From the NCBI GenBank assembly GCA_002104905.1, contig MCFE01000652.1:1-49613 (forward strand): 49,613 bases of DNA, written 5' to 3'. Origin of the DNA: Basidiobolus meristosporus CBS 931.73 (lineage: Eukaryota; Fungi; Basidiobolomycota). The position numbers were made by a program, and so were the translations under genes. Every line of letters begins with the position of its first letter. Position 1 is the stretch's first letter. Shown here piece after piece: positions 1 through 13,395 of this stretch. The notes beneath the pieces were generated by a model. The model was not told the DNA's origin and made no database searches. It saw nothing but the letters and a program-made list of their open reading frames with translations.

Positions 1-1620
1 TGTCAACTTGTGCACACTGAGTTAGGTGAGTTAGTGGCACCTTTAAGCTCTCCACAATGTTCTAAATATGGCACACAGAGTGATAGCTCTGAAGAAAAAG
101 GCTCACTGATGGATTGTCTATATCCCCTGACAACAGTACTCTACATGAGTTTGCAAAAATTCCAATATGTGATGAGATAACACCTGTGGAAGAAATGCCA
201 AGGATACTTTGTAGAGCCAAGTGAGCTCAGTAATCCATATATTGGTTAGTGATGTAATGTTGTGGCTAGAGAAGTGGTGTGTATCTACTAATAGCAGTAA
301 AGGGGGTGTCAGGGATTTACAACTAATTCCTGCAAAAACCATTCTGATACGCAATGTACCATATACATTGTACAAATGGGCAACTACCATGTGGCTGGCA
401 ACATATAACCTAGAGACTATTCTGATACCAGTATGTGTCAACAGTTGCATGACATTAATATCAGAAAATGTCATCAGTGCAAGGCATCCAACTTATCACA
501 AATCTACTACCATGGGAGGAAAACACTGCTCACATTCTGGATATATTTCAGTAATGTCCCATATAAAGAAGCTCATGCAGTCCAACAAGTATTGTTAGCC
601 TATAATGAACTGCCCTCAGTGTGCCTTTGAAGGCAATTTCCAACCAGAGAAAATTGGAAGTATTGGGAGTTCTATGTTGACAATTTAGAATTATTTATCC
701 TGTGGCAGATTAACAATGCCAATTTAGCACATCCACAGCTTTTATGCACAGAGTATGTGACAGGATTAGAGTGGTTGCATTACAAGCCTTATGCTCCATA
801 TGTAGATCTCTGCTGCTAGTGTATCAGCCCCCTACTCTACCTTGCTTGGTGTGCAGGAAATATTGTTCCTTGCTATACTTTAGAAGTTTCCCTTGGAGTT
901 GATTAATGAGGAGATAGGAAGACAGAGTCAAGTTTCAAGTACTACAATGTACTTTTCATGAAGAATTGTATCCTCAAGGATGTTATGGATGTGATTTATT
1001 TGCACATGGAGGACAGCCTGGATGTGTTGGAAAATACTACATATAGATGCATACACAGAGACACCTATACCTTTGGCATCAAGAAGCCAGGCAGCTTCAA
1101 TGAATGGGAAATCAGTTGACTAATGCAAGGTTGGGTTAGATGCATTAAGCAACCTATTTTGATAAGGGCAACTTCAGCAAGGTATGCTAGGCTTCCCCTG
1201 ATTACAAATCAGTTCCTACCCCTTTTAATACAACATTCACACAAAGAAGAACCAGAGCTCACCCATAAGGGGAATTAGAATCCAGCATGGAGAAGGAATA
1301 TATTGCCTTAGTACCAAAATTATTTGCAAATACTCACAAGATATTCATGGCAAAACTGGTGGCAACTTGCAGGTGCTTCCAGGAACTATTTTTATCAGTA
1401 ATACAAGATATATGACACTTGGCAAGTGTTTCACTGAAAAGCCATTAATTTGAGGTGTTAAAAGTTTGTCAATAGAAGCAGGTATGCGCATGTTCAGAGT
1501 ATAGTAAGTAGGAGGCTATGGTTGCTATTGTTCCTGATTTTGTGCAATACCTATGGTAGTAATGGGTAGGTAATTAAAGAGGTATGATACTAGAGTAAAA
1601 TATTTGAATGGTTCAAGAGG
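1..1620 (+). pseudogene. Decayed CACTA/EnSpm (Tnp2/Transposase_21-like) transposase remnant, internally deleted
   Basis: ORF 221..598 (VCVNSCMTLISEN...GGKHCSHSGYI) is homologous to the N-terminal parts of the copies at 15238-15684, 34827-35630 and 37262-37840, the better-preserved of which adjoin Tnp2 core motifs. The core appears deleted after about 600. Ends approximate. Confidence 0.7.
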
Positions 1621-2423
1621 AGGCAGAAATTGGAAATACCATATGGTAAATTGGCACAGCAGCATTATAAAGGACTAGCTATATGCAATATCAGTATGCA
1701 GGGTACTTATTCATTGGGTTTTGTCTCTAATATGAGACAACCTTCATACTGCTTTATATCTTTCAACTGTACCATCAGCCTTGTATTTTGTCTTGAAGAC
1801 CCATCTGCATCCAATTGATTTTTGGTTGATTGGTAATTTAACCAAGTCCCAAGTTTGATTTTCCATCAGTGCCTGATATTCCTCAGTCATTGCAGATCTC
1901 CAAAACTTTGTCTGAGGGCTATTTAGGGCCTCTTTTACAGTCTGGGGTTCATCAATATGGACTGAATAGGCATAGGCTAAGTTTGTACCCTCATTGATAT
2001 AGTAATTTGGGCTATTTCTTGTTTGATTTGATCTCCAGGCATTTGATACTGGAATGATCACTTCTGGGATATTCCTGGGCACTGATTCTGGCTGAACCAC
2101 GGTTGTAGAATCCTCTGGAGTGAAAAAATTTCATTGTTTTGCTCTGATTCAATCCTGACAATTGGTGGACTTGATATCAAATTTTTGTCATCATCTGATG
2201 TCATTTTTTGTGAAAATCTTGAATTTTCATCAAACAACACATCCCTGGACTTGATCAGCTTCTTTGCCTTGGTATTGTAGAGTCTGTATGCCTTACTCTC
2301 ATTGCAGTAGCCCAAAAATATGCATTTTACACTTTTTGGCTCAAATTTTGACTGATTTCCGGCCAGTTTGTTGGCATATGCTGTACACCCAAATATTCTT
2401 AGATGTTCTGCACTTGGTCTGTA

Positions 2424-4349
2424 TCAATACCATGCTTCAAATGGAGTAGAATCACAAAGTATTCTGTTATAACTCCTATTTTTAAGATATACAGCAGTGG
2501 CAACTGATTCCGCCCAAAAATCATAGGATAATTTTTGATCATGGATCATAGATCTTGCCATATCAATTATTGATCTGTTAGCTTGTTCTGCTACTCCATT
2601 TTGCTGTGGGGAGTATGGTACAGTAGTCTCTTGCTTTATCCCATGAATTTTGCAGAAGTGGATGAAGAGTTTTGAGGTATATTCTCCACCATTGTCAGAG
2701 TGTATTTTCTTGATTTTTTCACCAGTTTCTCTTTCCACCATGGCTTTAAACTCCCTGAGCTTAGACAGAGCTTCTTCCTTTCTCTCCATGCAGTAGACCC
2801 ATGTGTATCTTGTATAATCATCAATAAAAGTGATCAAATACTTCATCCCGCCTAAGGATGAATTTTGCATAGGTCCACACAGATCTGAGTGAATTAGATC
2901 TAATTTTTTCTTAGTTTTGATTAACCCAGAGCTCTTGAATGGTTGTCTGGCTTGTTTCCCATATATGCAGGCTTCACAGTGCTCCAAATTAGCTGGGGGA
3001 TCTATTTTCACTCCAGAAATTAGCTGATCTTTGATCATTTTACGCAAATAATCAGAATTGATGTGTCCAAATCTCCTATGCCAAAGCATTGGTGTTTCTT
3101 CATTTAAGTTACTTATATTGGCTTCCAGATATGATGGAATATAAGTCAACTTGTATAGATACTGATCTCTGATGCCCAAAGCAATATGGGCACCATTTTG
3201 ATCAGTGATCCTGCATCCAGAATTGTCAAAACTGAAACTGAGTCCTTCTGCTGTGGCCTTGCTTACAGAGAGTAGGTTCTTGGCTATTTCTGGTACATAG
3301 AGTACTTCTTTAAAGGTCAGTGTATGGCTTCCTTCACTGCTTCTAAGGCTTACTTGGATAGTTCCTTCTCCCACTGCATCAAGTGTTCTATCGTCACCCA
3401 TGAAAACCTTCTTAATTGGAATTTCTTGATATTGGGTAAAAAGTTCTTTTTGGTGTGTAAAGTGTTGAGAAGCTCCAGAGTCAATATACCACGTCTGAAA
3501 ATCCTTGTTTGTTGTCATATTTAGTGCAGATATGAATAGTCTATCTTCAGTTGTTGCAGCATTTCCATATTCAGGCTTCTTTTGCTGATAATCTCTCTTT
3601 TTGGAACACCAGTCTGATGTGTGTCCTTTCCTTTTGCAGTAGTTGCAAAATAGGTTGCTGTTGCCTTTGTAGGGTCTTGGGTACCTCCTATGTTGGTTAT
3701 CATTGCTTATTAAAGCATTTTCTTCTTCCTTCTTATTGGCGCTTGATTTTCTTAATTCTTTATCCAGGAGCCTTCCATATACGTAATTTAAGGTCAAATC
3801 TTCAGTTCTGGACTCTAGGGCTGATACAAGGCCCTGAAACTTGTCTGTCAGGCTATTCAGGATGGTTACTATCACATCCTCATCAGTAGTTGGTACGCCC
3901 ACAGATTCCATCTCATCTACCAGCAGGGTAATTCTGTTGATTAGATTTTTCATTTCTTCTCCTGGCAGCATCTTTGTAGTAAAGAATTTTCTTCTCAGAT
4001 ACATTTTCTTGGCAGCTGAACATGACTGGTAGGTGTCTTCTAATGCCTTCCAGGCATTCTTTGCTGTTTTTGCTCTTGAGCATTGAATTAGCAATTTGTC
4101 CTTGACATTAAGGCAAATGCAGTCAAAGGCACTTTGTTCTTTCTTCTGGCACTTTAAGGCTTCCTCTCCCACGTTTTTAGGAGGGCATTCCTCTCCCATG
4201 ACAATATCCCAAAGGCCTCTTTCTTGTAGCTGCATCTTCATCTTCACCTTCCACACTTGGTAGTTAGAGCCATCCAACTTTTCAGCAGAGGGAAAAATTC
4301 CAGTAATAGCAGTAGTTGACATTGCAGAGAGTGACAGCTTGGGGCTCAT
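2424..4349 (-). CDS. Copia Gag-protease-integrase polyprotein (open N-terminal part of a broken pol)
   Basis: Gag (KLDGSNYQVWKVKM), CCHC knuckle (CNYCKRKGHTSDWC), protease WYIDSGASQH, LWHRRFGH/CEACIYGK zinc region, integrase HSDLCGP, FIDDYTRY, HSDNGGEY, PQQNGVAE. First plausible ATG is 4349, alternative 4322. The track start at 4406 lies inside the LTR. Confidence 0.9.
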   Translation of the reverse strand: MSPKLSLSAMSTTAITGIFPSAEKLDGSNYQVWKVKMKMQLQERGLWDIVMGEECPPKNVGEEALKCQKKEQSAFDCICLNVKDKLLIQCSRAKTAKNAWKALEDTYQSCSAAKKMYLRRKFFTTKMLPGEEMKNLINRITLLVDEMESVGVPTTDEDVIVTILNSLTDKFQGLVSALESRTEDLTLNYVYGRLLDKELRKSSANKKEEENALISNDNQHRRYPRPYKGNSNLFCNYCKRKGHTSDWCSKKRDYQQKKPEYGNAATTEDRLFISALNMTTNKDFQTWYIDSGASQHFTHQKELFTQYQEIPIKKVFMGDDRTLDAVGEGTIQVSLRSSEGSHTLTFKEVLYVPEIAKNLLSVSKATAEGLSFSFDNSGCRITDQNGAHIALGIRDQYLYKLTYIPSYLEANISNLNEETPMLWHRRFGHINSDYLRKMIKDQLISGVKIDPPANLEHCEACIYGKQARQPFKSSGLIKTKKKLDLIHSDLCGPMQNSSLGGMKYLITFIDDYTRYTWVYCMERKEEALSKLREFKAMVERETGEKIKKIHSDNGGEYTSKLFIHFCKIHGIKQETTVPYSPQQNGVAEQANRSIIDMARSMIHDQKLSYDFWAESVATAVYLKNRSYNRILCDSTPFEAWY

Positions 4350-4353
4350 AACC
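4342..4353 (-). promoter_or_regulatory. Copia primer-binding site GGTTATGAGCCC (tRNAi-Met anticodon stem-loop, Ty5/copia half-tRNA type)
   Basis: Abuts the LTR end ...TACAACA. The same PBS occurs at 13015-13026, 40466-40477 and 45103-45114. Confidence 0.88.
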
Positions 4354-4603
4354 TGTTGTATGAGTCTTGGAATTACAAACATGTAGAATAGGTTAAGGAA
4401 GGTCACAAGAGCATGTGTGCAAGGTTTGGGGCTGTTTGGACAACTTTGAGAATTTTCATGTTCTGGGTACTTGGTATTTTGGTGAAAATATTCTAAGTAA
4501 ATCCCGACAAGGAATTTGGTCAGTATTCCCTAGGATTTGAAGGTGATGATCTAAGTGACTAAGTAAGGTGAATATTTAGGTGGAAATACAAATTTTTACA
4601 ACA
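4354..4603 (-). repeat. Copia-A 5' LTR with about 100 bp internal deletion
   Basis: TG...CA ends. Homologous to the 346-348 bp LTRs at 23591-23938 and 27953-28298 but only 250 bp. Confidence 0.9.
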
Positions 4604-7600
4604 ATTGGGAGATGATGATGCAACCAAATGACTCATCAGCCATAACCTACATCAAGAAATACAATTATTCAGTAATTGATCTGGCAAAAATGTATATAAG
4701 GAGCTGCTGCAACCTCAATAAATCAGTTCAAGTTATAGTGAATACAATGCTAGCTAAACTCCCTATTCCTCTACAACTCTTATACCAAGACTTGTAACAT
4801 TAGTAGCAGCAATAAACAGAAACCTCTGTTCTAAAGAAAGAAGTAGCCTCTCTCAAGATGTCCAAAAATCAAGAATGGAAGAATGCTTTGCAGCAAATCC
4901 TGGCCCAACAGCAACAGTTACTCCAGATCCTTAGTAATCAGCAATAAGGAATGACTACCATGGCCCCAAGCCAGCAAAACCCTGTCAAGAGCAACTTTAG
5001 TGTGAAGGTCAACTGGCACCATGGTGGAATCAATCAAAACCTGGGAACTTGGCTCTTCCAGAGTGAAGAAGCTTTCAAGGCTAAGGGAATTGGTCCAGAA
5101 AGCAAGTTACATTATGCAGCCTCTTACCTGGCAGATGCAGCTCTACAGTGGTACCACAACAAGATCAGGTCAGCCTCCATGATGGGATGCTCTACAATTG
5201 CTACCTGGGATGATTTTTGCTGGAAATTCTGGATGCTTTCAAACCTCCACACCAGCAGACACTACCAAGAAGAAAGTTGAAGACACTCAGACAGAAAGGA
5301 ATGGTTCAAGAGTACATCTATAGATATAGATGTTTACTTTGACAAATTGAAAGGATGGACCCCCTGGATCAAGTTGATTACTTTATTGATGGGTTGAAAG
5401 AAAGAACATGCAAGGAAGTGAGTTATCAAAGATCCCAGACTATCAAAGAAGCCATTGAGATTGCCACTGACTATGACTCAGCTAAGTTTAGAGTTGGAAA
5501 GCCCACAATGACCAATCAGAGAGGCTATAATCATTATGAAAGGAGACAATTAGAAGCAGTGCCAATGGAAATAGATGCTATGCACAAGAATCCTACTTGA
5601 GTAGAATGTAAGAAGAAAGGACTTTGCTTCGATTGCCACCAGCTGAGACATATTGCATAGTACTGCCCTCAGAGAAGAGATGGACACCAGCCATCAAGAA
5701 CCTTAAGCCAAATTGAAGCCCTTGAGCAAAGTAACATGGAGGATGAACTTGAAGAAGACTTAGAACTCACCTTCCATATGACAGAAGAATACCTATCCCA
5801 AATGACCTCAAACTCAGCAAAGCTATTATATTTGAATGGAGTAATTAATGGAGTACCTGCCAAAACCATGATTGACTCAGGAGCATTGCATGAGTACATG
5901 TCAGAGCAATTTGCTTTGAAAGCTGGAATCAACTCAGAACCCACCAAATCAACTTCAGTCTCAACAGCTGATGGGAACTCTCACATAGTCAACCATATTA
6001 CTCAGCCAGTAAGGATGAAGATCAATGACTATGAAGAAGACCTGCAGGCCTATATATTTGGGAACTGCAAGTTTGACCTTGTACTTGGAAAACCTGGTTA
6101 TTTTGTTTTAATCCATGAATCTACTGAAGAGCCCATGCAACTCAGATCCAGAAGGACAACAATACTCATCAGCTATTACCTCCCAGATGGGATTTCAACT
6201 TGGTCAATTCCATTATGTGTGAAACAAGTGACTTAGCAAGACACAGTTCTGTAGAGCACTTAGAAAAGGCACCTAGATGCTTCTCATGGCAGTATTACAG
6301 GAGGATTCCTCTTCTCCAGTACCCCAGATAGTCCAGTCTCTTTTGAAGGAATATTCAGATGTATTGCCAGATGACCTAGTAAGCCTACCACAAGCCAGAG
6401 ATGTGGATCATACCATTGACACAGGAGAGAGCCCTCTAGTGAGTAAGACACCTTACAGAATGAGTTCATTGGAGTTGCAAGAGAAACACATTGAAATGGT
6501 CTTAAAGAAGCAAAGAGAGGACAAGCTATATGGCAAGCTAGCCAAGTGTAAATTCTTCAAGGAACACATTGAATATCTGAAACACATAGCGACTAGCACA
6601 GGAGGGACTTTAGACCCCAAGAAGGTTGAAGTTATCAAGAATCTGATGCAGCCCCATAGCATATCAAAGCTCAGGTTCTTCCTTGGAATGGTGTCCTATT
6701 ATTGAAGATTTGTCAAGTCCTTGGCAAGTATTGCAGACCCTTTAACTGATATCCTAAAGAAAGACAATACCAACAAGTGGGATGTAGCTTTTGAGACTGC
6801 CTTCCAGACACACAAGGATGAGCTGGCTAAGCTGCCAAGCTTAAGAATACCTGACTTCAGAAAAGGGTTTACTCTGTGCACAGATGCTCCAGATTATGCA
6901 ATTGGTGAAGGACTACCTAGTTGCCTTTGAATCCAAGAAACTGAACTCAGTAAAACAAAATCATCCAGTGCATTTGAAGGAGATGCTTGCCATAATACAT
7001 TGCTTGAAGACATGGATATGCTACATTGAAGGAGTCAACTGTACTGTGAAGATTGATCATACCTCTCTGAAGTGTATATTTACTCAGATGGTACTATCTA
7101 GAAGAATGACAAGATGGAGTGAGTACATTCAACAATTGGATTTGGAGATTGTCTATTGCATTGGGAAAAACAACACAGTTGCTGATTCCTTATCCAGATT
7201 AGAACAAGTTGCACAACTTAACTTGGTGAGTGAATCAGATTGGCCTAGCCTAATAGCAATGTACTTGGGGGACCAAGCCATTCCTAGTGAGGAGGATGAA
7301 GAGATCAAACAGATAATCCAGGATGAAGCTAGCAAATTTGTAGTACAGGATGAAACACTCTACCAAATTGTTGATGGAAGCCCTATTGCCTATTACCCTT
7401 ATGTTGCTTGCATGGATTTAATACATAAGCTACATAATGGATATGGACATCTTGGAATTGAAGGAACCTATAGCCTTGTGATAGCCAGAGCATGGTGGCC
7501 CAGAATGAAACAAGACATTGAGAAGCTAATGAAAACATGCCCAAATTGTGAGATAAGCCAAGGCAACCACAGACATTTGCCAAACTCTTTTGCTTGGAGC

Positions 7601-8533
7601 CAGTAAGACCATTTGAAAGATGTTACAAGCTTACCTGGAAATGCAGAACATTAGACACTTGAAAGCCTTGGCATATTACCCTGGAACTAATGGAATCACT
7701 GTACAGTTTAAAGGATCATTTGGGAAAATGCTGACCAAGTATGCAAATGAAGCTGTCAGTAGATAGGATGAGTGTACATACCAAGCACTTTTTGCACACT
7801 GAGTTAGAGTACACAACACCACCCAACAATGACTATTTTTTTTGTGTATGGATGGGAATCAAGGACTCTAGGGGATCTCACACAACCAAAAGTTACAGAC
7901 GCCCAAGAAGATGAGTTCAGTCAGCCAGGTAGACACCAGCAGCTGGAAAAAAGACATCAAGAGGTACATGCCAAATCTTCTCAAAGTGCAGATAAGATGA
8001 AGCAGAGATCTAACAAGAATATATCACCAGAATCATTGACAGTTGGGAACTTTCTATTATCAAGAAACAATACTTGGAAGAAGTTTGAGCTACAATGGAC
8101 AGGACCTTTAAGATCATCAGAGAATATCCATCAGCAACTTACCAACTAATGGACAAACAACAGATCATCAAGAAAGATTTAGTTCCCAAAGACAGACTCA
8201 AGCTTGCAAGACTTGCCAACAATACTGAACCCTCAAGATATTGGTATCAAAAAAAAAGAGATTCAGGAGAACCCTCTCAACTTTAGTAGGGGAGAATGTT
8301 ATGATCTATGGCTTGGATGTTCAAGTTAGATCAGTTCTTAGTCAAATCAATCAGTCATATGTTTAGCCTATCAGCATATCAGTGTCATCTTTCAAATTAG
8401 TAGCATTAGTCAGTAGATGCATCAGCAGATCCTTATCATTGGAACCTCAATAAAAATCAGTTCAAACTATAGTGAATACAATACTAGCTAAACTGCCCAC
8501 TCCTCTAAAACTCTTATACCAAGATTTGCAACA
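4604..8533 (+). mobile_element. Ty3/Gypsy element (copy G1), decayed; 5' LTR interrupted by Copia-A1
   Basis: Partial 5' LTR 4604-4799, mutated PBS TAGTAGCAGC 4801-4810, gag fragments, protease MIDSGA, RT with core deleted near 6480, RNase H (TDAPDYAIG), integrase zinc finger (HNGYGHLG...CPNC), GPY/F-like C-terminus, PPT about 8284-8296, 3' LTR 8297-8533. Many stops and frameshifts. Confidence 0.92.
8297..8533 (+). repeat. Gypsy 3' LTR with internal deletion
   Basis: Begins TGTTATGATC after purine tract TAGTAGGGGAGAA and ends TTTGCAACA. Matches the reverse complement of solo LTR 18916-19283 but lacks the middle part. Confidence 0.88.
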
Positions 8534-8712
8534 CCAGCAGCTTGGAATAATTGACCCTCTACACAATCTTATGATGGTATCATACCAGTGTTTGGCCAAT
8601 TTACAGCCAAATAAAGTTAAAAACATTATGGTACTTAGACAGTGCTTTGCCAGGGGTGGTATGGCATAGTTGCAGACTTAGTGTGCTCTACAACTATTTG
8701 AGTGGATATAAC

Positions 8713-11700
8713 TGTTGCAATTTAAGAAGTAATTTGGATATAAGGAACTTATCAAGAAATAGTGATAATAGTTGAACTGTTGTTTATTCATAAAGAAGCT
8801 CAGTATTTGTACCTTTGTAGAAGTAATACAGCTGCACCACTAAGTAGGGAGGGTTTCTCAATATTCAGGAGCATTCTGTAACAGTTTCAGGGTTAGTACA
8901 TTATGTTTGGTAATAGTGCTAATTTGATCCTGACTATAGGGGAATAATCATAAGAACATATATCTGGAGCAAGTGGCAAAATTAAGGCAGCAAATGAGTC
9001 CTACAGTGACTAAGACTAGTCTAGAATTGTTAGTAAATTTTTAGCTGCTGAATGATACCAAATAGTCCAATATTTCAACACTCCCCCTCAACTAGATAAT
9101 TACTTAGTCCCAATTTCTCTCTAAGGATCTCAAACTGTGGCCTAGCTAGTGGTTTTGTCAGTATGTCTGCGACCATTTTGTTGGTTGGGCAGTAAACTAA
9201 CTCCACTAAGTTATTTTCTACAGCTTCCCTCACAAAGTGATGCTGTACATCAATGTGCTTAGTTCTGGCATGATTAGTAGGATCTCTAGCTAATGAAATA
9301 CAACTTTGATTATCCTTGTAAATACATGTTGGTTCACCTGAATTAAAACCTAAGTCTTTGAAAAATTTTTGTGGCCATATAGCCTCCTTAGTTGCTTGAC
9401 ATGCAGCCATATATTTGGCTTCAGTTGTAGATAGTGCCACAGTTGGTTGTTTCTTGCAATTCCAAGTAATAGCTGCACCAGCATAAAGAAATACATAGCC
9501 TGTGGTAGAGCGTCTGTCAATCAGATCCCTACCCAATCTGAACCACTATAACCATCAAGTTTTTGCCTATTAGCTGCTCCAGAGTATTCCAGTACCATAT
9601 TTATGGTACCTTGTAGATATCTGAAAATCCGCTTAACTGCTGCAATTTGATCTGATCCATAATTCTGCATGAATTGACTGACTATTCCAACTGCCAATGC
9701 AATATCTGGACATGTAGACACCATCAAGTACATTAGGCTACCGACCATTGATTGATAGGGAAAGCTTTGGTCCATATTTGAGCTGTTTTCATCTATGACT
9801 GGTTTAGATTTGCTTAATTTCAGGCTATTGTCCATAGGGGTTGCTGCAGGTTTGCAATTTTCCATTTTGAAGCGTGTAAGAATATCCCTGATGTACTTAG
9901 ACTGATTCAGAACAATTTTCTGCGTAGGTATGTTAAATTTGACCTCAGTTCCAAGAAAATAGCTCAATTTTCCAAGATCATTCATCTCAAATTTGCTGAA
10001 GATATCTGATTTTGTCTGTTTAAGCACCTCTTGGTCACTTGTAGCTATAATTAGGTTGTCCACATAAAGGACTAGGATGATCATACCCTTTTTGAGCTGT
10101 TTCACATATATACTGTGATCTGCAGTGCTATGAGAGAACCCAATTTCCTCTAAATATGTGTCAATCTTGTTATACCATGCTCTGGGTGCCTGCTTAAGCC
10201 CATACAACAATTTTGTAAGTTTGCACATCTTATGGGAGCCTTTTGGATCGGTAAAACCTTCTGGTTGCTCTATATATATAGTTTCTTGCAAATCCCCATT
10301 TAGGAAGGCTGTTTTGACGTCCATTTGGTGTAGATCTAAACTGTGTACAGCTGCCAGGGCTAGAACTGTCCTAATAGAGGTAAACTTGGCAACTGGAGCA
10401 AATGTTTCCATAAAGTCTAGTCCCTGGATCTGGGAATAGCCTTTAGCTACCAATCTAGCCTTGTACTTATCAACAGCACCATTTGAGGTTATCCTGATCT
10501 TGTAGACCCATCTACATCCTATTGGCTTTCTCCCATTTGGTAAATCTACCAGTTCCCATGTTTTTGCCTTGATCAGTGATTGGTACTCCTCCGGCATGGC
10601 TTGTTGCCACTTAGTAGCATCTGGACTTTGCATTGCCTGTTCCAGATTCTGAGGGTTGGCACATAAGGCAAGATAAGCTTCTTCATGATCATTGGATGTC
10701 TGCCACCAGGATCCAGGGGCATTTCTTATTCTTGTAGATCTCCTAACTGGGATAATCTGTTCTGATCTGGAACTGGTAGAAGTATCTTCCATATCTGGCT
10801 GGATTTGGTACGTATCTTGTTCATTAGTGTTGATTGCATCATCAGGCAGCTGGCCAATGATTTCTGTGGCTTTCTGATCTGAATTCCCCTCAAATACAAT
10901 GTCCCTGCTCTTGATCAGCTTCTGAATTTCGCCATCATACACTCTATACCCTTTAGTATCTTCACAATACCCAAGAAAGATCCCTTTCCTGCTCTTTGGT
11001 TCCAACTTTGAGCGTTTTTTGTCAGGGATGTGATAAAAAACATCACAGCCAAAGATCTTGAGATGCTGGAGATCTGGTTTTTTGCCTGTATATGCTTCAA
11101 AGGGTGTAGAATCACGTAGTGCTGTTGTTGGGCATCTGTTCTTGATGTAAACAACGGTAGCAACAGATTCAGCCCAAAACTTGTAGTCCATTCCCTTATC
11201 ATGTAGCATATATCTTCCCATCTCTACTATTGTTCTATTTGCATGTTCTGCTACTCCACATTGCTGTGGAGTATGAGGAACTGTGGTCTGCTAAAGTATA
11301 CCAGTAGACAAGCAGTATTTTGCAAGCTCCTTTGAGCAGTATTCTCCTCCCTTGTCACTTTGTAGTACCTTCAAGTTGCACCCAGTTTGTGTTTCTGCCA
11401 TGTTCTTGAAGTGCTTAAGCGTCTCTAAAGCTTCATCCTTTGTTTTGAGGAAGTACACCATGTATATCTTGTCTTGTCATCAATAAATGTCATAAAGTAT
11501 CTCTTGGCTCCAAAGGACAGCGTTCTCATGGGGCCACATATGTCTGAGTGTACAATTGCCAATATATCAGTGGTATTGATGCCTTCTGAGCTTTTGAAAC
11601 ATTGCCTAGCTTGTTTGCCATATGAACATCCTGTACAAGCATTCAATTTGATTGGAATTGAGCATTTTAGGCCCAAAACAAGCTGATTTTTCACCAATTG

Positions 11701-13395
11701 GCTCATTTTCTGTTTGCCAATGTGTCCTAGCCTCCTATGCCATGTCTCCCAGCTGGTTTCATCAGTTTCAGCAATGTTGACATACTCAGGTACAATGATC
11801 TTGCATTGTAACTTGTATATGTTGTGATCTTTGATTCCCGGAGCTATTTTTTGTCCATTTTCACTCAATAATGAGCAGCTCAGCTTAGTAAAAACAAATT
11901 TCAGTCCCTGAGTAGTTGCTTTACTGACTGAGAGTAGCTTCTTAGTTATTCCAGGTACATAGGGTACATCAGTCAGTTTTGCTGTTGTTGCCCCTGAGTT
12001 ATCACTCATATTTAGTTGTATAGACCCACTGGCAGTAGCTTCCAATGCAGAGTTATCTTCCAGATAAACCTTTCTTATGGGAATAGTTTTCAAGTTGCTG
12101 AACCAATCCTTTATACCACAAATATGCTGTGATGCTCCAGAGTCAACATACCATTCATTACTTTGGTTACTTGCACTCTCTTGTACAGTTACAAATAACT
12201 GTTCCTCAGTAGTTATATGGTTTGCCTGCTCTAGTTTCTGTTTTTTGTCTGCTTGTTTCTTTTTGCATTCTCTTGCACAGTGTCCTGGCTTTTTACAGTA
12301 GTTACAACAGCCAGGTTTTCTTCAGTTTTGTTGCTTTCCCTTCTTTTCTGTGTGCCTTTGTGAGCTGAATAAAGCATTATCTTCAATTCTCTCTGCTTGA
12401 TCATTACATCTGAGTTCTTCATGGAGAAGTCTTTCTTTGTCATAGTCTAAAATCAAGTTGTCTTCTCTGCTTTCAAAAGAAAGTATGAGTGGCTCATACT
12501 TGTCTGGTAGGCTGCAAAGCAGACAGAGTATCTTTTCTTCATCATCTACACCAGCATTAACACTGTAAAGTTCTTCTGCAAGTGTCTCCATTGTGGTAAT
12601 GTGTTGTAGCATGTCATCATCTGGCTTCTTCCTTATGTTGAAGAACTTTTGTTTCAAATAAAGCTTGCTTGATACTGACTTTGCTCTAAAGATCTTCTCT
12701 AAGGACTCCCATGCTGCTTTGGCAGTATTTGAGGCATGGATTTTTCCAATGAAGGAGTCTTGCACATTGATGCATATGACATTGAAGGCCTTTCTCTCCT
12801 TCTCTTGAAACTTCTCCAAATCTTCTGCTGTTCCTTTGGGCTCAACTTCCTTTCCTGTTACTATGTTCCAAAGCTTTCTTTCTTCAAGGTGAATCTGCAT
12901 CTTGATTCTCCAAAGTCTGTAGTTTGTCCCATCAAACCACTTCATTACAGGGAAGATGTTGGTATTGCTTTGTTTGCTGGTAGAAGTCATCTTTAGAATA
13001 GATTAAGGCAATTGGGGCTCATAACCTGTTGCAATTTAAGAAGTGATTTGGATATAAGGAATTTATCAAGAAAGAGTGATAACAGTTGAACTGTTGTTTA
13101 TTCATAAAGAAGCTCAGTATTTATACCTTTGTAGAAATAATACAGCTGCAACACTAAGTAGGGAGGGTTTCTCAATATTCAGGAGCATTCTGTAATAGTT
13201 TTAGGGTTAGTACACTATGTTTTGTAATAGTGCTAATTTGACCCTGACTATAGGGGAATAATCATAAGAACATATATCTGGAGCAAGTGGCAAAGTTAAG
13301 GCAGCAAATGAGTCCTACAGTGACTAAGACTAGTCTAGAATTGTTAAGTAAATTTTTAGCTGCTGAATGATACCAAATAGTCCAATATTTCAGCA
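8713..13395 (-). mobile_element. Full-length Ty1/Copia family B element with 5-bp TSD ATAAC
   Basis: LTRs 8713-9080 and 13027-13395 (about 14 substitutions plus 1 indel, about 96%), PPT 9081-9092, PBS 13015-13026, TSD ATAAC at 8708-8712 and 13396-13400. Confidence 0.97.
9075..12990 (-). pseudogene. Copia-B gag-pol, broken by stops and frameshifts
   Basis: Gag 12322-12990, WYVDSGASQH protease region, INT (WHRRLGH, HSDICGP), RT (QMDVKTAFLNG, LYGLKQAPRAW, LYVDN), RNase H ([12 protein letters not shown]). Confidence 0.95.

Larger units (their letters stand above)
1752..4603 (-). mobile_element. Ty1/Copia family A element (copy A1), truncated within RT, 3' LTR missing
   Basis: 5' LTR 4354-4603, PBS, gag-PR-INT ORF, then frameshifted pol fragments ending at WVFKTKYKADGTVERYK near 1752. 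Confidence 0.93.

Noticed and set aside
8095-8286. Chromodomain at the Gypsy integrase C-terminus
   Set aside because: The frame ends shortly after the GPY/F-like region with no chromodomain pattern.
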